Source: Candidatus Foliamicus sp. (lineage in GTDB: Bacteria; Pseudomonadota; Gammaproteobacteria; Steroidobacterales; Foliamicaceae). Taken from it: DNA of 64,000 nt. The position numbers were made by a program, and so were the translations under genes. Location: NCBI GenBank assembly GCA_965261845.1, contig OZ253475.1, forward strand, positions 284,458 through 348,457, read 5' to 3'. Of the stretch, positions 1 to 7,571 are shown piece after piece. Under the pieces are notes generated by a model. The model had not been told where the DNA came from, did no database searches, and saw only the letters and a list, made by a program, of their open reading frames with translations. Within the stretch, counting starts at the first letter, position 1. The number at the start of each line of letters is the position of its first letter.

Positions 1-377
1 TGACGGCTCCGGGCACTTTTGCGTCCGGCACCCTTGTCTTCACCGCACCGGCCGATGCCGCCCTTTCCTCGGGTACGACCTACACCGTGGTGGCCACGCC
101 GGCCGGCACCACCTTGCGACTTGACGCGACGACCGCCGATGCCGAGGACACCGGAGGCGCCACCGGGTGGAGCCTGGCGGATGCATACGACTGGAGGAAC
201 AGTTCGAATATGTGGACCACAAACGTTACCAACAAATCGCTAAGGGTCGCCATCAAGGGCCCCACCGTCCAGGTCCCTGCCGCCGTCAGCGATGTGGTCG
301 TGGTGCCGGTACCCCGACCGCCAACTTGCTGCAAGTCTCCGGGTCCGCTCCCGATGACGCGGGGAGGGATCACGTGA
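1..377 (+). pseudogene. 3' remnant of a paralogous giant surface-protein gene (beta-rich N-terminal-type module plus the first residues of an FN3 domain); runs off the left edge
   Basis: Reading frame 3 gives ...GTLVFTAPADAALSSGTTYTVVATPAGTTLRLDATTADAEDTGGATGWSLADAYDWRNSSNMWTT...AVSDVVVVPVPR. This is colinear with GSVVVFTPPSG...GETGWTLADVFDWKQNGTTWMK...AVSDVVVVPVPR of the 377..7066 protein. nt 281-312 are almost identical to nt 1128-1159. Similarity then continues only in another frame (TANLLQVSGSAPDDAG vs SSSLTVSWTAPEDTG). Frame 3 ends at TGA 375-377. Confidence 0.45.
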
Positions 378-3300
378 TGGAAGACTCAAAAAAAGCTTGT
401 CAGCAGGCGCGCGCGGAGAAACTTGACATGATAAATGCCCAGAGCCCCGAGCCACACCTCACGCACCGACCCTGTTACGAGTCCCCGCCAGCCACGCGCC
501 GGCCTCGTCGTGTGGCCCTTGCCTGGGCCGCTCTTGGCCTGCTCGGCCTCCTGGCCACGGTCGCCCCGGAGCAGGCCGTGGCGCAGACGGAGATCACGCT
601 GGTCGGCAACGCCGGCCAACCGAACCACGAGCGACACACGGCCAGTTTTCAGGGTACGGTCGACCACGCGCAGCAGTTCACGACCGGGCCGAACGCGGCG
701 GGCGACACGCTGACGAAAATCGAGTTCCTGTCCAACGACGCCCAAAGCCACACGTTCAGCGCACAGCTGTGCGAGGCCAACAACACCGGGGAGTCCACTG
801 TGCCTGCCCCCATGAACTGTCAAACCCTGAGCACCACGAGCAGCTTCGCCCAGGGCAGCGTGGTGGTGTTCACACCGCCGTCAGGCATGACGATCACGCT
901 GGCGGCGTCTACGCGCTACGTCGTGGTGCTCTCGGAGAACAACAGTCCCAGTGCCGTGGTGGACATCTTGTCCACGCAAGCGAACAATCAGAACGGGGAG
1001 ACGGGTTGGACCCTCGCCGACGTGTTCGACTGGAAACAGAACGGCACGACGTGGATGAAGCAGGGCTCCGGCCGCGACGCGCTGATCATGGACGTGAAGG
1101 GCTACGCCAATTCCGGCCCCCCGGGCGCCGTCAGCGATGTGGTCGTGGTGCCGGTCCCCCGCAGCAGCAGCTCGCTGACGGTCTCCTGGACCGCTCCCGA
1201 AGACACCGGCAAGCCCGTCCCCATCGCTTACGACGTCCGCTACCGGGGTACTTTTGGCGGCGGTTGGACGACCGTGCGCCAGAACGACGCCGCCAACACC
1301 TCCCTCATCATCACCGGCCTCCAACCAAACGGGTATTACGACGTCCAGGTGCTTGCCCTCAACGCCGATGGTTCCGGCCCCTGGTCCTCGACCCGAGAGG
1401 CCGTCATCTCGCCGGATCCCGAAACGGTCCTTGCCAACAACCCGCTGATCCCCGACGACCTCGGAGTCGGCGACACCTTCCGCCTTCTGTTCATCACTGG
1501 CGACACGAATGACGTTTATACGACATTGACGGCAGCCACCGGCACGAACATCCAGGACTACAACAACTTCGCTATTGACCCCACCCTTCACATCGTTGAA
1601 ACAGGCAATTTCCTGAGATCCTGGGGGGAGGCTGCACTGTGGCAAGTGCCGCTGGTGAGCATGCCGGGCCATGACGCCCGGCTGCTTACCGACACCACCT
1701 GGACCCCAACCGACCGGGGCGTGCCGATCTACTGGCTCAACGGCGCCCGGGTCGCCGACGACTACGCGGACTTCTACGACGGCACTTGGGCTGACGAGGC
1801 CAATCCCAGGGACGGTCTCGGCCAGCCGTACCCGCTCGACGGCCCCGCCCCCTGGACCGGCACCGACCACGACGGCACGGAGCTGTTCGACGGCGCCGCG
1901 TCCAGGGCCCTGGGCCAGGCCACCGTCGGCGTCGGGGGGCTCGGTTCGAGCGCCGTCGGCGCCGGGCCGCTCAATGGCCGCGTCGCCTTCGCCAGCACCG
2001 AAGAGCGCCCCCTGTACGGGTTGTGGCAGGTCATGGTCGTCGGCGAGAACCTCCGGCTGGTCGACAACACCCATATACCGTCGGCCGACCGAAACGAAGG
2101 CAACGACGATCGCGCGGCCGTGAGGGCCCAGCTCTTCACCACGGGGACCCACCCGAGCGGCTACGGCATCGAAGTAATCCGGGTTTCGGCTGGAGAAGAC
2201 GATACCTTCCTGGGCCCCGTCGCCCTCTATACCACGGACGCGAACGGCAAGCCGGACACGGACGGGCTCCACGCCACGCTCAACCTGGATACGGACACCT
2301 ACTGGATCTTGAGAGCCCCCGTGGGTACGGTCCTCAAGCCCAACACGACCTACGCCCTGGTGTTCCAGGGGGATTCGGGTAGCTACCCCGAGCTACGTAC
2401 CCTCGGCGCCGATGGCGAGAATGTGCCGGCGGAAGGCTGGAGCATCGCCGACGCGCTCCTCTACCACAACGGGACCAGCTGGGTTGAGAACCCGGACGGA
2501 AGGTCGCTGACGATTAGGATGATAGGCCCGGCGCTGGAAACCGACGGGCCCGCGCTCATCAGCGCCACGGTCGGCGCCGCCGGCAACGCCGTCGCGCTGG
2601 CGTTCGATGAGGACCTGGCCCTGCCCTCGGACAGTGCCGAAGCGCTCACGTTCCTGGCGAGCCTGGCCTCGGCCTTCGCCGTCTCGGCCGACGGCTCCGG
2701 CGTCGCGGTCAGCGGGCTGACCGCCTCCGGTACCGACGGGCTGACCCTCGGCCTGTCCGGCGTCATCGTCCAGGGCCAGGCGGTCACCCTCACCTATACC
2801 GATCCCACCGCAGGCGACGACGCCATCGCCCTGCAGGACGGCCTCGGCAACGAGACCCCCACCTTCACCACCGGCATCGACGGCGTCCCCGACGTGATCA
2901 ACAATTCCACCATCAACGTGCCCGGCGCCCCCACGAGCCTCGTGGCAACGGCCAGCGGTAACACCCGGATCAACCTCTCCTGGACCGCGCCGGCCAGCAA
3001 CGGCGGCTTCGCCATCACCGGCTACAGGATCGAATGGTCTGCCGACGGCGCGGCCCCCTGGGCCGATCTGGTCGCCAACACCGCCGATTCCAACACCACC
3101 CACGCGGACACCGGGCTCGCCGCCGGGACCACCCGCCACTACCGCGTCTCCGCGATCAACACCCAAGGCACGGGCGCCTCCTCGAACGTTGCCAGCGCCA
3201 CCACCGACGCCGTGGTCGTCAACAACCCGCCGGAGTTCTCCGCCAACACCGCGGCGCGCAGCGTGGCCGAGAACACCGCCGCGGGCCAGGCCGTCGGCGC

Positions 3301-6300
3301 CGTGCTGACCGCCACCGACGACGACGGCCACACCCTGACCTACACGCTGGAGGGCGCCGACGCGGCCTCCTTCGACATCGCCTCCACCTCGGGACAGATC
3401 CGGACCAAGGCGGGCGTGACCTACAACCACGAAGCCAAGTCCACCTATACCGTCATCGTCAAGGCCGACGACGGCAACGGCGGCACCGACACCGTCACGG
3501 TGACGATCACCGTGACGGACGTGGCCGAGCCCCCGGGGCGCCCGGCGGCGCCCTCGGTGTCGGGGACGTCGGGATCGACCACCAGCCTGGACGTGACCTG
3601 GACCGCGCCGACGAACACCGGTCCGGCCATTACCTCCTACGACCTGCAATATCGCGAGGGCAGCAGCGGGAGCTTCACCGCCGGCCCGCAGAACGTGACC
3701 GGCACCAGCGCCGCCATCGCGAGCCTGATGGCGAGCACGTCGCATCAAGTAGAGGTGCGCGCCACCAACGCTGAGGGCGACGGCGCCTGGTCGTTTCCGG
3801 GGACCGGGCGGACCGGCGCCTCCGTGCCCGGCGCCCCCACGAGCCTTTCGGCAATTGCGAGCGGGTCCACGCAGATCGACCTCTCCTGGACCGCTCCCGG
3901 CAGCGACGGCGGCTCTTCGATCACCGGTTACAAGATCGAGATCTCCTCCGATGGCGGCGCCAACTGGACCGTCCACGTCGCCACTACCGGCAACCCCGCC
4001 ACGACTTACTCCCACATCGGGCTTGCCGCGGGCACGACGCGCCACTACCGCGTCTCCGCCATCAACGCCAACGGCGCCGGCGCCGCCTCCAACACTGACA
4101 ACGCCACCACCACCGGCCAGACGACCGTCCGTTTCGGGGCAGCGGCCTACACGGCCACGGAAGGCGGTGCCGACGCGACGGTGGCGGTGGTGCTGAGCGC
4201 GGCGCCGTCGGCGCCGGTGACGATTCCGCTGACGAAGGCGCATGTGGGGGGCGCCGCGGCGGCGGATTACTCGAGCGTGCCGGCGAACGTGATGTTCCCG
4301 ACCGGGCAGACGCGGCAGACGTTCACGTTGAGGGCAACCGACGACTCGCAGGCCGAAGGCGACGAGCGCGTTCGGTTCGGATTCGGGTCGCTGCCGAGCG
4401 GATACTCGTCGGGCCCTCCCCGCACGGCGACCGTGAGGCTCATCGACGACGATGCGGGCCTGATACTGAGCTTCGGCACGCGTTGGAGCCACACCGTGAA
4501 GGTGCGCGAGAGCGACACGGCGTGGCATCGGTTCACCGTGGACCTGAGGACACATAAGGCCGGGCCGCTGGACGGTAATCCGCAGCAGGCGTTTACGATC
4601 CCGCTGGTGGTGACGCACCGCAACGGCGCGACGCCGGAGGACTACACGGCGCTGCCGGCGAACGTGAAGTTCGAGGTGGGCCAGAGCACGACGTTCTTCC
4701 GCATGCGCGCGATACCGGACGACAGGAGAGAGCCCGGCGAGGGCCTTCGGCTGGACTTCGGCCCGCTGCCGCCGGGGCTGAGCAAGAGCAGCTGGGGGCC
4801 GTACGAAACGATCGAGTTCGTGGACCAGGACCTGCCCAGGGTGACGGCGTTGTTCGGGGCCGAATCCTACACGGCCACGGAGGGCGGCGCCGCCGCCCGG
4901 GTGTCGATCCATCTGAGTGAGCCGGTGGATGTCGAACCGCTCGATGTGCGGCTGTCGGTGCAGCCCGGCGGTGGCGCGACGACGGACGACTATTCCGTTC
5001 CGACGGTCGTGAGGTTCGCGGTGGGCGAGCAGACGAAGACGATCATGGTGACGGCGACGGACGATTCAGACGACGACGACGGCGAGAGCGTGACGCTGTC
5101 CTTCGTCGAGGATCCCAACGACCGGGTGGTCACCGGCGTGGGGTCGGGCAGAACGACGGTGGCGCTGGAGGACAACGACGGGCCTACGGCGGTGGCGGTG
5201 TCGTTCGGGGCGGCGACCTACACGGCCACGGAAGGCGGCGCCGATGCGACGGTGAGCGTCGAACTGGACAAGGCGCCCGGGCGCGCGGTGACGGTGCCGC
5301 TGACGGCGGTGGGCGCCGGCGGCGCGACGACGGCGGACTACTCCGTTCAGGCGAACGTGGCGTTCGGGCCGAACGAGACGTCGAAAACGGTCACCGTGAT
5401 CGCGGTGGACGACTCGGACCCCGACGGCGGCGAGAGCGTGAGGATCGGGTTCGGCGCGCTGCCCGACGGCGTGCTCGCGGGCCGCCCGGCGGCGACGGTG
5501 GTGACGCTGGCCGACGGCACCGAGCAGACGTTCGTGGTGAGCTTCGGCACGAGCCCCACCTTCCACGTCCAGGCGCGCGAGGGCAATGTGGGCAAACGGC
5601 TCGTTGTGTACTTGAGCAACGATCCGTGGGGGAGTGCGGGGAACGCCGAACCGCGGCGCCCGGTGACGATCCCGCTGGTGGTGACGTACCGGGGCGGCGC
5701 GACGGGGGCGGACCACACGCCCATCCCGGCGAGCGTGACGTTTGAGGTGGGCAGCGGCAGGGCGGGCTTCAACGTGCGCGCGTTACCGGACGGGCAGGCC
5801 GAAACCGGCGAGGGCCTGCGGCTGGACTTCGGCCCGCTTCCGCCGGGCGTGACCAAGGGCCGATGGGGGTACGAAACGATCGATTTCGTGGACGAGGCTC
5901 CGGTGCCGGCGGGCCTGTCGGTGTCGGGGTGGATGCTGACGATGGGCTACTCCTTGGCCCTCGATGGGGGCTCAACGCCGTCGGGCAGAGACTTCGTGGT
6001 GCTGGCCAGCGCGCCGGGGGCTGAGTCGGTCGTACCGGTGACGTCGGCATCGGTGGACGGGGACGCGGTCTTGCTGGCGCTGGCGCGCCCGGTGGCGGCG
6101 GACGAGACGGTGACGCTGACCTATCTGCCGGCCGCAATGCACCCGATCCGCAACGCGGCGGGCGTGGCGGTGGCGGCGCTGGCGGACGAGCCGGTACGCA
6201 ACGAGACCGGCGCGCCCGGTCTCCTGTCGGAGGCAGGGCTTGCGGCCGGGATCGCAATGCGGGCTCCGCCGAGAGTGGCGCAAGGGGGCGCCGAGAGGAA

Positions 6301-7066
6301 GCGTCTCGACCTGTCTTGGCGGAACTTGACCGACGTATCCGCGCTGGCAGGGCTGACCGGCGTAAGCGAACTGGATCTCAGCGACAACGCGATCACGGAC
6401 CTGAGCCCGCTGGCGGGGCTTACTGAACTGCGGGCGCTGGACCTTTCCGGCAACCGGATCGAGGACATCTCCATGCTGGCGGGCTTAACGGCGCTGGAGC
6501 GGCTGGGCCTGTCCGGCAACCGGATCAAAGACATCTCCACGCTGGCGGGCTTGAGCGGTCTTCAGGTGCTGGACCTTTCCGGCAACCGGGTCGAGGAACT
6601 CTGGCCGCTGGTGGGGCTGACCGCGCTGGAGCGGCTGAACCTGTCCGACAACCGGGTCGAGGAACTCTCCCCGCTGGAAGGCCTGGGCAGCCTGCAGGTG
6701 CTGCTGCTGGACGGCAACCGGGTCGCCGAAATCCTGGGACTGTTGCCGCTGGCGGGGCTGGAGAACCTGGGGCTGTCGGAGAACCAGATCGAGGATATCG
6801 GCCTGCTGGCGAATCTCGGCCAGCTGCGTCGGCTCGACCTGTCGGGAAATGCCGTCGCGGACATCTCGGCGCTGGGCGATGTGTCGGAACTGCTCTGGCT
6901 GCGGTTGCCCGGCAACCCGGTCTCGGACGTGGCCCCGCTGGGGCAGCTGGAGAACCTGCGCTGGCTATGGCTCGACTCGGCTAGGGTGGCGGGGGTGGAG
7001 GCATTGGCGCCGCACGCCCGGCGCGGGGCGGCACCGCTGTGGATCGAGCGGGTGCCGGCACAGTGA
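377..7066 (+). CDS. Giant secreted multidomain adhesin-like protein (2,229 aa): signal peptide, two copies of a beta-rich module, FN3 x4-5, cadherin domain, several Calx-beta domains, C-terminal leucine-rich repeats
   Basis: ATG at 377 lies inside the longer 167..7066 ORF and is followed by a signal-like segment (RRPRRVALAWAALGLLGLLATVAPEQAVAQ). FN3 signatures: PGAPTSLVATASGNTRINLSWTAPASNGGFAITGYRIEWS...HYRVSAINTQGTG. Cadherin-like: NNPPEFS...ATDDDGHTLTYTLEGADAASFDI...VKADDGNGGTDTVTVTITVTDV. Calx-beta-like: ADYS..PANV.F..GQT..TF...A.DD...EGDE. About ten 22-residue LRR units lie at the C-terminus. No beta-barrel or sortase signal seen. Confidence 0.85.
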   Translation: MEDSKKACQQARAEKLDMINAQSPEPHLTHRPCYESPPATRRPRRVALAWAALGLLGLLATVAPEQAVAQTEITLVGNAGQPNHERHTASFQGTVDHAQQFTTGPNAAGDTLTKIEFLSNDAQSHTFSAQLCEANNTGESTVPAPMNCQTLSTTSSFAQGSVVVFTPPSGMTITLAASTRYVVVLSENNSPSAVVDILSTQANNQNGETGWTLADVFDWKQNGTTWMKQGSGRDALIMDVKGYANSGPPGAVSDVVVVPVPRSSSSLTVSWTAPEDTGKPVPIAYDVRYRGTFGGGWTTVRQNDAANTSLIITGLQPNGYYDVQVLALNADGSGPWSSTREAVISPDPETVLANNPLIPDDLGVGDTFRLLFITGDTNDVYTTLTAATGTNIQDYNNFAIDPTLHIVETGNFLRSWGEAALWQVPLVSMPGHDARLLTDTTWTPTDRGVPIYWLNGARVADDYADFYDGTWADEANPRDGLGQPYPLDGPAPWTGTDHDGTELFDGAASRALGQATVGVGGLGSSAVGAGPLNGRVAFASTEERPLYGLWQVMVVGENLRLVDNTHIPSADRNEGNDDRAAVRAQLFTTGTHPSGYGIEVIRVSAGEDDTFLGPVALYTTDANGKPDTDGLHATLNLDTDTYWILRAPVGTVLKPNTTYALVFQGDSGSYPELRTLGADGENVPAEGWSIADALLYHNGTSWVENPDGRSLTIRMIGPALETDGPALISATVGAAGNAVALAFDEDLALPSDSAEALTFLASLASAFAVSADGSGVAVSGLTASGTDGLTLGLSGVIVQGQAVTLTYTDPTAGDDAIALQDGLGNETPTFTTGIDGVPDVINNSTINVPGAPTSLVATASGNTRINLSWTAPASNGGFAITGYRIEWSADGAAPWADLVANTADSNTTHADTGLAAGTTRHYRVSAINTQGTGASSNVASATTDAVVVNNPPEFSANTAARSVAENTAAGQAVGAVLTATDDDGHTLTYTLEGADAASFDIASTSGQIRTKAGVTYNHEAKSTYTVIVKADDGNGGTDTVTVTITVTDVAEPPGRPAAPSVSGTSGSTTSLDVTWTAPTNTGPAITSYDLQYREGSSGSFTAGPQNVTGTSAAIASLMASTSHQVEVRATNAEGDGAWSFPGTGRTGASVPGAPTSLSAIASGSTQIDLSWTAPGSDGGSSITGYKIEISSDGGANWTVHVATTGNPATTYSHIGLAAGTTRHYRVSAINANGAGAASNTDNATTTGQTTVRFGAAAYTATEGGADATVAVVLSAAPSAPVTIPLTKAHVGGAAAADYSSVPANVMFPTGQTRQTFTLRATDDSQAEGDERVRFGFGSLPSGYSSGPPRTATVRLIDDDAGLILSFGTRWSHTVKVRESDTAWHRFTVDLRTHKAGPLDGNPQQAFTIPLVVTHRNGATPEDYTALPANVKFEVGQSTTFFRMRAIPDDRREPGEGLRLDFGPLPPGLSKSSWGPYETIEFVDQDLPRVTALFGAESYTATEGGAAARVSIHLSEPVDVEPLDVRLSVQPGGGATTDDYSVPTVVRFAVGEQTKTIMVTATDDSDDDDGESVTLSFVEDPNDRVVTGVGSGRTTVALEDNDGPTAVAVSFGAATYTATEGGADATVSVELDKAPGRAVTVPLTAVGAGGATTADYSVQANVAFGPNETSKTVTVIAVDDSDPDGGESVRIGFGALPDGVLAGRPAATVVTLADGTEQTFVVSFGTSPTFHVQAREGNVGKRLVVYLSNDPWGSAGNAEPRRPVTIPLVVTYRGGATGADHTPIPASVTFEVGSGRAGFNVRALPDGQAETGEGLRLDFGPLPPGVTKGRWGYETIDFVDEAPVPAGLSVSGWMLTMGYSLALDGGSTPSGRDFVVLASAPGAESVVPVTSASVDGDAVLLALARPVAADETVTLTYLPAAMHPIRNAAGVAVAALADEPVRNETGAPGLLSEAGLAAGIAMRAPPRVAQGGAERKRLDLSWRNLTDVSALAGLTGVSELDLSDNAITDLSPLAGLTELRALDLSGNRIEDISMLAGLTALERLGLSGNRIKDISTLAGLSGLQVLDLSGNRVEELWPLVGLTALERLNLSDNRVEELSPLEGLGSLQVLLLDGNRVAEILGLLPLAGLENLGLSENQIEDIGLLANLGQLRRLDLSGNAVADISALGDVSELLWLRLPGNPVSDVAPLGQLENLRWLWLDSARVAGVEALAPHARRGAAPLWIERVPAQ
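6301..6990 (+). repeat. About ten tandem 66-bp (22-residue) leucine-rich-repeat units inside the giant protein gene
   Basis: Consecutive units LDLSDNAITDLSPLAGLTELRA / LDLSGNRIEDISMLAGLTALER / LGLSGNRIKDISTLAGLSGLQV / LDLSGNRVEELWPLVGLTALER and so on, read directly from the translation. Confidence 0.85.
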
Positions 7067-7230
7067 GCGCTGGGCCGACGGCGGGTGAGTTGGCGATCGT
7101 AGCTGACGACGAGGGCGAGGATGCCTACATTCACGCCTTTTCATTGCTGGCGGGCGGCGATGGCCAGGGCGACCTGTCTGAGGCCTTCGTCCGCCGGCTG
7201 ATGTGGTGCGCGCTTGCGTACGCGCTCATC

Positions 7231-7515
7231 GGCACTGTCAGAGAAAACCGGCTTGAACCGGGATCCAAGCTCTCGTAGCCTGCGGCCATGAACAATCCCT
7301 TTCGCTATTTCAACAGTTCGCCCGAGGTCATCCGCCTCGCAGTGATGATGTACATCCGCTATCCGTTGTCGTTGCGCCAGGTCGAAGACCTCCTGTTCGA
7401 ACGCGGCATCGACATCTGTCACAAGACGGTGCGTTTCTGGTGGAACCGTTTCGGCCCGATGTTTGCCGCTGAAATGAAGCTTCAATAGGTCCAATCCAGT
7501 TAGATTGACAACGCC
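7231..7515 (+). mobile_element. 285-bp internally deleted (MITE-like) IS6-family element that keeps both ends
   Basis: nt 7231-7475 match the first ~245 bp of the 800-bp IS at 15585 (left IR GGCACTGTCAGAGAAAACCGGCTTGAACCGG, then the first ~63 tnp codons). nt 7476-7515 match its last 40 bp (GAAGCTTCAATAGGT.CAATC.AGTT...TTGACAACGCC). The IR type GGCnnTGTCA resembles the IS26 GGCACTGTTGCAAA. Same orientation as the full copy. Confidence 0.8.
7288..7488 (+). pseudogene. Truncated IS6-family transposase (N-terminal 63 residues, then junction-derived tail)
   Basis: MNNPFRYFNSSPEVIRLAVMMYIRYPLSLRQVEDLLFERGIDICHKTVRFWWNRFGPMFAAE is nearly identical to the N-terminus of the 15642 ORF. The ORF ends where the internal deletion joins the right IS end. 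Confidence 0.8.
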
Positions 7516-7571
7516 CATGCACGTACTACATACGCGCCAACTCGCCTGATGCCGCACAAGCCGGATCAGAC

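Noticed and set aside
167-376. The 5' extension of the first giant ORF (track start 167).
   Set aside because: This part is the out-of-frame tail of the upstream paralogue stub. A signal peptide follows only the ATG at 377.
2393-4912. Very long antisense or alternative-frame ORFs in the ORF track, rich in R/G/A/P. Examples: 2393..4912 -, 881..2272 -, 18761..21637 -, 23192..24625 -, 24626..26449 -, 28318..29784 -, 36734..38389 +, 46299..47840 +, 57339..58553 +.
   Set aside because: They overlap genes that have clear domain signatures on the other strand or frame. They have low-complexity Arg/Gly/Pro composition and no motifs. This is the typical stop-codon-poor shadow of high-G+C coding DNA.
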